A stretch of 35,874 nucleotides of DNA from positions 1 to 35,874 of IMG/VR virus record IMGVR_UViG_3300032223_003566, one strand, 5' to 3'. A model generated the notes under the pieces. It had not been told where the DNA came from. It ran no database searches and worked only from the letters and a program-made list of their open reading frames with translations. Of the stretch, positions 26,541 to 35,464 are shown in pieces. Source of the stretch: a virus (lineage: Duplodnaviria > Caudoviricetes). Within the stretch, counting starts at the first letter, position 1. Every line of letters starts with the position of its first letter. A program made the position numbers and the translations under genes.

Positions 26541-27315
26541 CGAATAACTCCATCTGATAAGGATCTTTTTCTTTAGATTCTTTAAATTCTTTTGGAATTC
26601 TATGAACTGTATCAAAAGCCTCGCCACCTAAATCAGAACCCATATCAGACCATTCAGACGGTTTAAGAGTTTTAAGCGCTGTATCTTCATCAATACTTAA
26701 ATGATTTAAAAGTTTTTTCAATGATTCAATTTCTTTCTGGGTTTCTGCAATATTTTCTTCAAATCTGCCAGGTTGTTTTTTATCAAATTCCAAAAGCTGT
26801 TCTAAAGAACGTTGAGCTATCATCAAATTTCTGAAAGCAGTTTCATAATTTTGATGCTTTCCAATTGCTTCTGGTTTACCAAAAACTCTATTCTGTGCTT
26901 TATGGGTCTGAAGAGAATGTATATTACTAACCATGTATTCTGCTTTAGATAGTTTTGGATCATTACTTATATACTCTAACATTTTTTCATAAAGCTTGGT
27001 TGATATGCCTCTGCCAAGGTTTGATATATATGTATCTTCTCCTACTTTAATGTCAAAAACTTGAACCAGTATAATTGTGATAGTATTGCTAGACTCATCA
27101 TAACCAAAGTCTAAATGACCAATATATTTTTTGCTTCCAGGAGCATAAACTTCAATTCTGTATGTGTCTATTCTTCCGTATCTTTCAACTAATTTTTTCC
27201 CAAGATATCTAATCTTGTAGGATAAATCATTAAAATCTAATTTACCTACACCCATGTCAGGAAAATTCATTTGACCAGAAGGATCAATTAGTGTTAATGC
27301 TTTTCTATACCACAT
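26530..27315 (-). CDS. GNAT-like protein with MWY leader
   Basis: LGRGISTKLYEKML resembles acetyl-CoA-binding motif A. Confidence 0.55.
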   Translation of the reverse strand: MWYRKALTLIDPSGQMNFPDMGVGKLDFNDLSYKIRYLGKKLVERYGRIDTYRIEVYAPGSKKYIGHLDFGYDESSNTITIILVQVFDIKVGEDTYISNLGRGISTKLYEKMLEYISNDPKLSKAEYMVSNIHSLQTHKAQNRVFGKPEAIGKHQNYETAFRNLMIAQRSLEQLLEFDKKQPGRFEENIAETQKEIESLKKLLNHLSIDEDTALKTLKPSEWSDMGSDLGGEAFDTVHRIPKEFKESKEKDPYQMELFDVV

Positions 27316-27363
27316 AATAATAATTTTTTCTTTTCAAGCTCACTTCACCTGTACAAAACTTAT

Positions 27364-27735
27364 ATGCTTAAGAAGTCTTGTACTATTCAAGAACCATTTT
27401 CCGCAAATAAAATGTACGCTCCAGTTGCTTGTGGAAAAATGGTGAAAAGCAAAAAATATAATGATTGGATAGAAAAAAATATTTCAATCATCAAAAGCAA
27501 TTTATTACCAGCAACAAGTTATCCAATAGAAATAGAAATTCTCATTCTTGCTGATTTTCAATGGAAACTAAAATGCGATCCAGACAATATTGTAAAACCT
27601 ATTGTTGATTTACTAGTAAGAGCTGAAATTATACCTGACGATACAAGTAGATTTGTTGAGTCTGTAAAGGTAAGATATTTGCAAGGTTTCGGATCTCCCA
27701 CCACTTGCATCTCTTACTCTATTGTAGAAAATTAA
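27364..27735 (+). CDS. rusA: RusA-family Holliday junction resolvase
   Basis: PFSANKMY, DPDNIVKPIVDLL, IIPDD motifs. Confidence 0.8.
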   Translation: MLKKSCTIQEPFSANKMYAPVACGKMVKSKKYNDWIEKNISIIKSNLLPATSYPIEIEILILADFQWKLKCDPDNIVKPIVDLLVRAEIIPDDTSRFVESVKVRYLQGFGSPTTCISYSIVEN

Positions 27736-27861
27736 TAACCTGACCAAGCTAAATAAAATATTGGAAATAAAATTGCAATTAATGTTAATGTAACAATTAT
27801 GCAAATCATCAACTCCATTGGTGATAATTTAAACTTCATAGAAATACCCTTTATTCTTATT

Positions 27862-28236
27862 CTATTTGCTTGCTTTGTATGCTTCTGTAATCAATTCAGC
27901 TCCATTAAATTTCATCTTCGGCAAATCATTTATTTTATGCCAGCTAACTCCTACCAAATCATCACCAGCCAAAAGATCACCAGAATAATCTTTTGTGTAA
28001 TAAACATAAACAATTTTGTCTGGCATATCCATAGTGCGCAAAAGTTTTATATTAGATATCTTTAAGTTAGTTTCTTCATCTAGTTCTCTCTTAGCACAAT
28101 CTTTTTCATCTTCTAAATAATCAACATGCCCACCAGGAATTTCATATCCAGACAATTTTTCACCTAGCAAAACTTTATCGCCATTAAATACGATAACTAA
28201 ACTTACTTTTTTCTTTGCTGAAATTCGATACCACAT
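27862..28236 (-). CDS. NUDIX hydrolase with MWY leader
   Basis: GGHVDYLEDEKDCAKRELDEETNL Nudix box. Confidence 0.9.
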   Translation of the reverse strand: MWYRISAKKKVSLVIVFNGDKVLLGEKLSGYEIPGGHVDYLEDEKDCAKRELDEETNLKISNIKLLRTMDMPDKIVYVYYTKDYSGDLLAGDDLVGVSWHKINDLPKMKFNGAELITEAYKASK

Positions 28237-28296
28237 AATAATTTATTCTGGTTTTAAAAAGAAAAATCCCATCTGATTAGGACGGGATTTTTCTAA

Positions 28297-28602
28297 TACA
28301 ACCGACAGGACTCGAACCTGTGGCCAAATGCTTAGCTTACCACTATAGTTTTCACTACCCTATTTCTAGGTTTGTGGTCTGGACTATATCTTCACCATTT
28401 CAGGTGTGGTACGTATAGTCTCTACGGGGTTAAAGAATTTCTTCTCAACTTCCCTCGGTATTAGCATATATTTCTACTTAGCTTTCACCGATACAGTACC
28501 ATCCATTTTATAGATTTTTATTCTCTATAAAAGCTCCCATTTACCATACTATATTATGGTGTCTTTAAGGCATTTGCTCTATCCTGACTGAGCTACGGTT
28601 GC
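28297..28602 (-). tRNA. tRNA-Arg(UCU) interrupted by group I intron
   Basis: 5' exon GCAACCG..AAATGCCTT (28602-28567) + 3' exon CTAAGCATTT..GTTCGAGTCCTGTCGGTTGTA (28335-28297) give loop CU-UCU-AA. Confidence 0.85.
28336..28566 (-). mobile_element. group I intron (231 nt, ORF-less)
   Basis: U before 5' splice site, terminal G; R element GUAGAGACUA and S element AAGAUAUAGUCC. Confidence 0.85.
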
Positions 28603-28656
28603 ATATTCAATTGTAATTTGTAAGCATTTCACTTACAAACTAATTATACCACAACT

Positions 28657-28836
28657 TTACATCTGCGCACTAACAACTTCAACTTTTTTCTTTGATTTTT
28701 CAAGTTTATATTCAATTGTTTTGCCAGTGTTTAAATAAATATTTAACCATCGATTCAATTCTTTCAATTGAGCATAAGTCATTTCAAGACTTTTCTCCTC
28801 AAAATTCTCATCTATAATTGTAATCTTGTGTTTCAT
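28657..28836 (-). CDS. small hypothetical protein
   Basis: Likely start MKHKITII. Confidence 0.55.
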   Translation of the reverse strand: MKHKITIIDENFEEKSLEMTYAQLKELNRWLNIYLNTGKTIEYKLEKSKKKVEVVSAQM

Positions 28837-28875
28837 AAGGATAGCATACCACACATAAGGTATAATGCAAGTAAG

Positions 28876-29283
28876 ATGAAAATAATTGATATCTACAACT
28901 TACCTAGAAAAACCTCATTCTCAGTGGAAGAAATATTTAAACTTAAAGATTTTGGCAGAAATATCTTTTCAATTCATAACAATATTGGTGCTAATTGGGA
29001 ACTGTTAAAGAAAAATGTCCCTGGTTTACAAGGACATTTTATTGAAACAAAACTTAATAGATTTTATATTGTTAGCTTGAATGATAAACCGTTCATTCTT
29101 GTTAATTATGATAAAGTTTTACAGTATTTCACACCATATTCTACTGACTCATCTCTTTATCAAATCTTTATGAAATTACTTATCGCTCATTCAGATTTAT
29201 CATATTGTCATTTTTCGGCAAATGATAATATCAATATTCTTTTACCTGATGAAGATGGATATGACCAACAATTCAAAGACTAA
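28876..29283 (+). CDS. hypothetical protein
   Basis: Start MKIIDIY after TATAAT; bidirectional terminator 29283-29312. Confidence 0.65.
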   Translation: MKIIDIYNLPRKTSFSVEEIFKLKDFGRNIFSIHNNIGANWELLKKNVPGLQGHFIETKLNRFYIVSLNDKPFILVNYDKVLQYFTPYSTDSSLYQIFMKLLIAHSDLSYCHFSANDNINILLPDEDGYDQQFKD

Positions 29284-29311
29284 AAAAGACTGGAGAAATC
29301 CAGTCTTTTTT

Positions 29312-29575
29312 TTATGGCTTAAAATATCCTTGAGCAAATCCCCAAACAAATGATGCAACAAATAAAATAATTCCAATTGTATTACCTGTACTAATTTGTT
29401 TTGCTCGCTTTTCTTCTTCTAAATCATTTATATTAGGCATACAAAGAAGAACGATAGCACCTAACCAACTTCCACCAAAAAACCAAACCCAAAAACTATA
29501 ACCCTTTTTATTAGCCCATTTACCACAACCATAAGCTATGAGCAACATAATTACCCAACTTGTTATTTCCAACAT
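29312..29575 (-). CDS. small membrane protein (paralog A)
   Basis: WANKKGYSFWVWF...LLCMPNIN; AAGGAG RBS. Confidence 0.8.
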   Translation of the reverse strand: MLEITSWVIMLLIAYGCGKWANKKGYSFWVWFFGGSWLGAIVLLCMPNINDLEEEKRAKQISTGNTIGIILFVASFVWGFAQGYFKP

Positions 29576-29590
29576 AATAAATTCTCCTTT

Positions 29591-29854
29591 TTATTTACTT
29601 ATGGCATCTGCAATAATAATAAAGCCAAAGGTAAAGCCAGAAATAACTAGACCCCACATATTTCCTTTTCTAACTAATTCTTCCTTATTATCAAACTCTT
29701 TCCCAGGTTCATTCAAATTAGGCAAAATTCCCAAAGCAATAGCACCAACAAATGGACTTGTGAAAATATATGCCCACCAAGCATAACCTCTTCTATTAGC
29801 CCAAACTGCAACTAAAATTCCTAAAACCGCACCAACCCAGTCCCAGATATCCAT
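29591..29854 (-). CDS. small membrane protein (paralog B)
   Basis: WANRRGYAWWAY...LGILPNLN. Confidence 0.8.
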   Translation of the reverse strand: MDIWDWVGAVLGILVAVWANRRGYAWWAYIFTSPFVGAIALGILPNLNEPGKEFDNKEELVRKGNMWGLVISGFTFGFIIIADAISK

Positions 29855-29869
29855 AATTTATTCCTATTA

Positions 29870-30193
29870 TTATTTTACCCTAGATTTAACTTTCTTATAA
29901 TAGAAATCCCACAATTCCTTAAATCCACTCCTGCCTATAGTATGTTCAATGTGATAATCAATAATTAATGGAGGACGAGCTTCTTTATTATTTCTAGAAT
30001 AAAAATTGTCGTAAAAACGCTCATATTTTTGTTTGTCAATTATATCAACACTCATAAATTGCTTATTGAGAGAAACAATACCAATCTTACTGCCACTTCT
30101 CCCAACTAACTGAATTGCATATCTAGTGTCGAAATTGCCAACATTCAAGACACATTCTTTTTTAATTTTATCAACCCATTCACGCTCATTCAT
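29870..30193 (-). CDS. hypothetical protein
   Basis: 107-aa ORF. Confidence 0.65.
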   Translation of the reverse strand: MNEREWVDKIKKECVLNVGNFDTRYAIQLVGRSGSKIGIVSLNKQFMSVDIIDKQKYERFYDNFYSRNNKEARPPLIIDYHIEHTIGRSGFKELWDFYYKKVKSRVK

Positions 30194-30243
30194 AATTTAT
30201 TTTACCTTAAAATTATAAACCCATCGATTTCGATGGGTTTATT

Positions 30244-30567
30244 TTATTTCATCAAATAAATACTTTTTAAACTAAACTCAAAATTAAGATAAATTTTGCT
30301 ATCATCTAAGAACCATTCAAGTAATTTCTCACTACTAAACAAAAGACGGTTCTTATCATAAAACTCATCAACAAATACTTTAAAACCTAATCCCTCCAAA
30401 TAGACTTGTCTCGCTTCATTAGGATAAAGCAACACAGCAGAAAAATCTCCTGAATTCTTCTTACTGACAAATTTATAATTAGGCAAAATAACGGTATTCT
30501 TGCAGATTTGTTCTAAAAGATATTGTTGATGTTTAAAGGCAAAGGGACGCATAATAACCACTTTCAA
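30244..30567 (-). CDS. hypothetical protein
   Basis: 107-aa ORF, start uncertain. Confidence 0.55.
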   Translation of the reverse strand: MKVVIMRPFAFKHQQYLLEQICKNTVILPNYKFVSKKNSGDFSAVLLYPNEARQVYLEGLGFKVFVDEFYDKNRLLFSSEKLLEWFLDDSKIYLNFEFSLKSIYLMK

Positions 30568-30617
30568 TAGTTGATTTGTAAACTAATGTAATATTGATTA
30601 TTATATACAAAATTCCC

Positions 30618-31002
30618 TTATGGTCGGTCAGTAATCATACCATCAAGCATCTTTATCAATCTATCTAAACGATAATTTACATAAAGAGTAAAAGGCAAAG
30701 TAATAAGCCAAGTAATTCCACCAATAATTAAGGCGTGAACAATAAAGTCTTTCATTAACGGTTTTCCTCGTATTTGTTATTGAGATCTTTACATAATTTC
30801 AATATGTAAAGAAGAGTGAAGAAAATTAGAATTTCACCAACTACTATATATTTTTCCATATAAGTAGTATATCACATTACTCAACCAATTTTGCTGTCTT
30901 AAGAACTAATGATTTCAAAGTGCGATTAATTAAATAAACATGCACATAAAGAGGAGCAATCAAGATATACAAAATAAGGTCAGCTAAAAGAAATGTTTTC
31001 AT
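30618..31002 (-). CDS. three tandem single-TM micro-proteins (30877-31002, 30755-30859, 30618-30755)
   Basis: Manual translation: MKTFLLADLILYIL.., MEKYIVVGEILIFF.., MKDFIVHALIIGG..; -10 boxes before first two, TAATG coupling of last. Confidence 0.5.
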
Positions 31003-31032
31003 AATTTATTATATCACAAAAATAGGGGAAAA

Positions 31033-31104
31033 AGCTTAGGAGAGGAATCGAACCCCCAACAATCATATTACAAGTATGATGTTCTACCATTGAACTACCT
31101 AAGC
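31033..31104 (-). tRNA. tRNA-Thr(UGU)
   Basis: GCTTAGG/CCTAAGC acceptor, TCATA-CT-TGT-AA-TATGA arm, GTTCGA T-loop. Confidence 0.9.
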
Positions 31105-31107
31105 AAA

Positions 31108-31178
31108 TTTTCCGGTAGAGATTCGAACTCCAATTAAAGGCACCAAAAACCTCTGTCCTACCATTGAACGACCGGAAA
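31108..31178 (-). tRNA. tRNA-Gln(UUG)
   Basis: TTTCCGG/CCGGAAA acceptor, GAGGT-TT-TTG-GT-GCCTT arm, GTTCGAAT. Confidence 0.85.
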
Positions 31179-31201
31179 ATACAAAAACATTATACCACAA
31201 A

Positions 31202-31273
31202 TAGCCCGTACGGTAGTCGAAACCGTGCCTCAAGGATGAAAACCTCGTATCCTAACCACTAGACGAACGGGCC
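31202..31273 (-). tRNA. tRNA-Glu(UUC)
   Basis: GGCCCGT/ACGGGCT acceptor, CGAGG-TT-TTC-AT-CCTTG arm, TTCGA T-loop. Confidence 0.88.
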
Positions 31274-31290
31274 ATTTACTAGATTATACC

Positions 31291-32049
31291 TTATTGTTTT
31301 GGTATTTCAAGCTTTCCAAATTTTATTTTTTCCCAATCGCCTCTTCCAGGTTTTTTGATACCATAAAGTTTGCACCACTTGTTTACAGCATTATCACTTA
31401 CGCCATACATCTCACCTATTTTGACACAAGACATTTCCCAAACAAGTTTTTCTAAAGTTTCTTTATCAGGTCTTTTAGAAATCTTTACAACAGGTGCATA
31501 ACTTACTACTGGCTTTGTTTCTGGAATGTAAGTTTGTCTGATTTCATTTTGTAGAATAACATATTCATCTATTTCAATCAATCCAGCGTGTATCTCTGAA
31601 TGGCAATTTGAACAAACTATAATGCATTTATTAAGTTCGATTTGCAGAACTTCAAATGGCTTGGTCATATTACTTGAAAAACCAAACTCTTTTTCGTGAG
31701 GTTCTATGTGATGAAAACTTAATGCTGCAATACATTTACTATAATTACAGACAATACATTTCCCTCCCATATAATCAACAGCTTTTCTTTTTTTATTTTG
31801 TCTTGATCGGGTTGTACGACAAGTATTGCAAATATTTTTATGCTGTTGATGACCTCCTGGATATTCTTTTTCACAAATACGGCAAATATTCATCACAGGT
31901 TTTTCTTCAGATAAATGTAATTGTTTAGTGTTATGCTGCTTGAATGGAGAGCATTCAAAACAATACAATCGATTGTAAGTTGTTTTTAATTGACCTTCCA
32001 AATATATTCTTGCAGGTATAGTATTTTCGCATTTTTTGCATTTTTTCAT
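31291..32049 (-). CDS. free-standing HNH endonuclease with Zn fingers and C-terminal HTH
   Basis: GGKCIVCNY..ALSFHH..ELNKCIIVCSNCHSEIH; IGEMYGVSDNAVNKWCK. Confidence 0.85.
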   Translation of the reverse strand: MKKCKKCENTIPARIYLEGQLKTTYNRLYCFECSPFKQHNTKQLHLSEEKPVMNICRICEKEYPGGHQQHKNICNTCRTTRSRQNKKRKAVDYMGGKCIVCNYSKCIAALSFHHIEPHEKEFGFSSNMTKPFEVLQIELNKCIIVCSNCHSEIHAGLIEIDEYVILQNEIRQTYIPETKPVVSYAPVVKISKRPDKETLEKLVWEMSCVKIGEMYGVSDNAVNKWCKLYGIKKPGRGDWEKIKFGKLEIPKQ

Positions 32050-32164
32050 ATCTAAAATTCCTTTGGCGGTATTTATTTATGTACTACCAATATTTTATTC
32101 GAATCAAATACAATTATACCCTATAAAACAAATAATCCCCATAAATGAATATGGGGATTATTTA

Positions 32165-32448
32165 CTGGCCAGGATGGACTCGAACCATCAACCCTTTGAT
32201 TACTTACTACTATAGTTTTCACTACCAGATAAATCTGTTTGTAGTCTGGACTATACCATCATCCTTAGCATTATCTATTAGGATGTCGTCATTATAGTCT
32301 CTGCACCTTCCTTTTCAGGCTTGGCTCAGTGTTGACATATCTTTCGACTTAGTTTTCACTGAATTTCGACAATTTTCAATATTAAATTACTCTAATAAGC
32401 TGCTATCAATTTACAGTCAAAAGCAACTGCCAATTGTGCTACTGGCCA
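32165..32448 (-). tRNA. tRNA-Asn(GUU) interrupted by group I intron
   Basis: 5' exon TGGCCAG..TTTGACTGT (32448-32413) + 3' exon TAATCAAA..GTTCGAGTCCATCCTGGCCAG give loop CU-GUU-AA, G discriminator. Confidence 0.87.
32203..32412 (-). mobile_element. group I intron (210 nt, ORF-less)
   Basis: R element GCAGAGACUA, S element GGUAUAGUCC, terminal G. Confidence 0.85.
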
Positions 32449-32686
32449 CCATCAAATATATTATACCAAAGAATATTCTAATCGCAAGCTATTTTGAGAA
32501 GAATAAGCGCTGTAAATACTGTTGCAATTCCGAGGATTAGATCTATTAGTTTAGGTTGTTGTTTCATAATTTATTTTATATCAAATCTTATAAGTTTGTC
32601 AATTATTTGCCAAATATGTACGTCTTCTTCTTTCTTTTTTTCATCAGATAAAAAAGAAAAAAGGATGAAAGAAATTAATTGTGTAT

Positions 32687-32926
32687 TCAATTGCTCATCA
32701 TCCTTTCTATAGCCACTTGTTTTTTCGTTTTGGGGTTGTAATAATTTTTTTTCGTAAAGCTGTTCATTCTGTGCATAGCTTGGGTACAGGCTTTTTGTTG
32801 AGCCATATAATGTTCTTGTAGTCTTTTTTGATCCATATTTTCTGCAGGCTTAAGTGCATATCCGATACTACCACTAACTAAAATAAGCATAAAGTAAAAG
32901 AATATCTTTTCAAAATCAATTTTCAT
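32687..32926 (-). CDS. membrane-anchored hypothetical protein
   Basis: AAGGAG RBS before MKIDFEK; N-terminal hydrophobic stretch. Confidence 0.65.
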   Translation of the reverse strand: MKIDFEKIFFYFMLILVSGSIGYALKPAENMDQKRLQEHYMAQQKACTQAMHRMNSFTKKNYYNPKTKKQVAIERMMSN

Positions 32927-32991
32927 ATCACTCTCCTTCAAATAAAAAAGCCCTATTCCAAAAAGAATAGGGCTTCAGTGCTCTATAGGTT

Positions 32992-33789
32992 TTATACCTT
33001 GCTTTTGCTTTTCTTGCCTGGTAGTTTTATTAAGTTATTGTTATATTGTTGTCCAGTGAGAGATGTAAACCTTGCTATTGATTTTTCATAATAATCAGGA
33101 TCTATTTCGCATCCTTTAAAAATTCGTCCAGTATTTTCGCAAGCTATCATTGTGGATCCAGCGCCATTAAAGATGTCTAATACTGTTTCTCCTGGGTTTG
33201 TATATGCTTCAATAAATCTTTCTAGTATGCTGATTGGTTTTTGTGTAGGATGCCAATTACAATATTCTTTACTTGTGGTGTGATTGTTCTTTTCCCATAC
33301 ACAGGTTGGGATAGTTCCTTGTTCGTATTCTTTTCCAGTTCTAATGTTTACTTTTTGTTTACGTTCAGTTCTTACATTGTCAGCATTAAAAGTAAAAGTT
33401 TTTTCTTTAGAGTAGCACCAAATATATTCGTGTTTTCTAGCAAAGTTTGTTTTGCTTCTTCCTCCCCAATTATAAGACCATATAATTTCTGGTTGTTGGA
33501 AGAAGTTTGGTAGTTTATCTAATATATCTAATCTATAGCGTAAGAATGTATTATATTTAAGAGTACCAAAGACACACATCATTTTGTTTGGCTTTAGTAC
33601 TCTAGCGCATTCTTTAGTCCATTTTTCGCACCAATCTAAATAATCTTGATCTGAATTCCATTGTGTATCCCATCCTTTTCCTCCATCATATCCAATAAAG
33701 TATGGTGGATCGGTGAGAATAAGATCTACAGAATGGTCTTGCAATGTTTGAAGATATTCGATACAATCTTTATTTAAGTATTCGTGCAT
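32992..33789 (-). CDS. DNA N6-adenine/N4-cytosine methyltransferase (beta class), orphan
   Basis: LILTDPPY, HPTQKP, VLDIFNGAGST; leaderless (TATAAT 6 nt before ATG). Confidence 0.92.
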   Translation of the reverse strand: MHEYLNKDCIEYLQTLQDHSVDLILTDPPYFIGYDGGKGWDTQWNSDQDYLDWCEKWTKECARVLKPNKMMCVFGTLKYNTFLRYRLDILDKLPNFFQQPEIIWSYNWGGRSKTNFARKHEYIWCYSKEKTFTFNADNVRTERKQKVNIRTGKEYEQGTIPTCVWEKNNHTTSKEYCNWHPTQKPISILERFIEAYTNPGETVLDIFNGAGSTMIACENTGRIFKGCEIDPDYYEKSIARFTSLTGQQYNNNLIKLPGKKSKSKV

Positions 33790-33992
33790 AAGATAATTAT
33801 ACTTAAAATTTATCTTGTTGCTATCAGAATTATCAAGTATCCTATGATGCTGTATCCTATAACGAATAAAGCATCACGTTTTCTATCCTTATCGTTCATA
33901 CTTTCCCTCCAGATAAATCTTTTATTTCATTGTTAATAAAAGATAAGTGATGAGACCGATTACAAAGAAAACAAAAATTCTTCTAATTAATT

Positions 33993-34187
33993 TCAACTTC
34001 TTGTTTTTAATTCATTATTGCAAACATCGATAAGTCTATGAAGAGTTTCTTTTGGAAGTTGTTTGACAAGTTCTTCCATGCTATTAGTTTCCCAGTCGCC
34101 TACGATTTTGTTTGCGAAAGGAAGTTTATTAAGATTAACTTCTGGTACTCCGGCTGCTTTCTTTAATATGTTTGATAAGATGGACAT
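33993..34187 (-). CDS. hypothetical protein
   Basis: GAAGGAG RBS, 64 aa. Confidence 0.7.
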   Translation of the reverse strand: MSILSNILKKAAGVPEVNLNKLPFANKIVGDWETNSMEELVKQLPKETLHRLIDVCNNELKTRS

Positions 34188-34293
34188 AATTTTCTCCTTC
34201 TCTAGTTGTGATTTAAAATTTGTATCACATTAATATATTCTGTTATATTGTTGGGTTTGCTTCTATATGATATTAAGATATTGAGGTGTAAAA

Positions 34294-34923
34294 ATGTTTG
34301 TTAAATCTTGGAAACATATATTTATTTGTGAGAGTAATTCGATTGATCCACAACCAGGTTATATGGGTAATTATCCTGGTTGCCATATGTACGACAATCA
34401 TCTTCAGGCTTTGAATTTTGCTTTGTCTGATGGTTGGGAATTAAGTTCTTCTACTCCATTAGATATCCATAGATTTCTCACTCGTGGTATACCTTATTTT
34501 GAGGAGAGGAATAGTTCTGGGCAATATCGCACTATGGATGTGTATATTGGGCATGAATTATGTCCAAATTATATGTTGATACCTTCTCTTATGGAGCGGT
34601 GGTATAAATTCGCAAAAGATTTGATGAGAGAAGTTGAGAATGGCGTAGTAAATCCACTCGATGCTGCTCTTTATATTCATCATTTTTTTGAGGTAATTCA
34701 TCCTTTCATAGATGGTAATGGTCGTACTGGCAGATTGTTATTGCAGAAGGCATTAAATGATCTTGGAGAATGTCCTGTAATTATTTATTTTGATGATCGT
34801 TCAGAATATTATGATTCTATCCAATATTTCCGTGATAGTTATTGGGCAAATAACACTTTAGATTATGATAAAATATTGACAGATTTAAAGATGGGAAATT
34901 TACTCAATGACTTTCAATTGTGA
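34294..34923 (+). CDS. Fic-domain protein (AMPylase-type)
   Basis: Canonical HPFIDGNGRTGR motif. Confidence 0.92.
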   Translation: MFVKSWKHIFICESNSIDPQPGYMGNYPGCHMYDNHLQALNFALSDGWELSSSTPLDIHRFLTRGIPYFEERNSSGQYRTMDVYIGHELCPNYMLIPSLMERWYKFAKDLMREVENGVVNPLDAALYIHHFFEVIHPFIDGNGRTGRLLLQKALNDLGECPVIIYFDDRSEYYDSIQYFRDSYWANNTLDYDKILTDLKMGNLLNDFQL

Positions 34924-35464
34924 TCGAATTGTAATATTTGATCTTGAAGCTACTTGTTGGGAAGGGCGAGAGAATTTTCATAAGTATCGTGAAGTTATTG
35001 CTCTTGGTGCTTGCATTTTAGATATAAAATCTTTAGAAATATCTGGCAAATTCAATGTAGTTTGTAAGCCTATAAGAAGTGAAATTTCTGAATACTGCAC
35101 AAGAATCACTGGCATTACAAAAGAGCAAGCAGAAAACGGTGAAGATTTTGGCGATATGTGCAAGATGGTGATGAATGATCTTAATTCAAAATCTATTCCT
35201 TGTGCTGCTTGGGGTAATGATGATGAAAAAATGTATTCTGAGTGCCGTGAAAAGCAATGTAGATATCCTTTTTCTAATGAATACTTAAATATATCTTTGC
35301 TCTATAGTTTGGTAATGGGAAAGCCTTACAATAATGGGCTGGAACGATCTTTGGCAGAGTTGGGATTGAAGTTTGTTGGAGAAAAGCACGATCCTTATTG
35401 GGATGCATACAATGCTGCAATTATTTTAAAACATATTGTGGAGAAGTGTCGTGAAGCTGTTTAG
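34907..35464 (+). CDS. DEDDh 3'-5' exonuclease (ERI-1/KapD-like)
   Basis: FDLEATCW, LTGI-like ITGIT, WGNDD, HDPYWDA. Confidence 0.88.
   Translation: MTFNCDRIVIFDLEATCWEGRENFHKYREVIALGACILDIKSLEISGKFNVVCKPIRSEISEYCTRITGITKEQAENGEDFGDMCKMVMNDLNSKSIPCAAWGNDDEKMYSECREKQCRYPFSNEYLNISLLYSLVMGKPYNNGLERSLAELGLKFVGEKHDPYWDAYNAAIILKHIVEKCREAV

Noticed and set aside
28837-28854. A fifth MWY-leader protein (MWYAILM)
   Set aside because: GTG start coincides with a -10-like box; the downstream ATG at 28836 is the likelier start
10662-33513. Antisense ORFs from the track (e.g. 10662, 13014, 15926, 18802, 27799, 31656, 33241)
   Set aside because: They overlap well-supported genes on the opposite strand and lack start signals
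32992-33789. Restriction-modification system
   Set aside because: No adjacent restriction endonuclease recognisable; orphan methylases are common in phages
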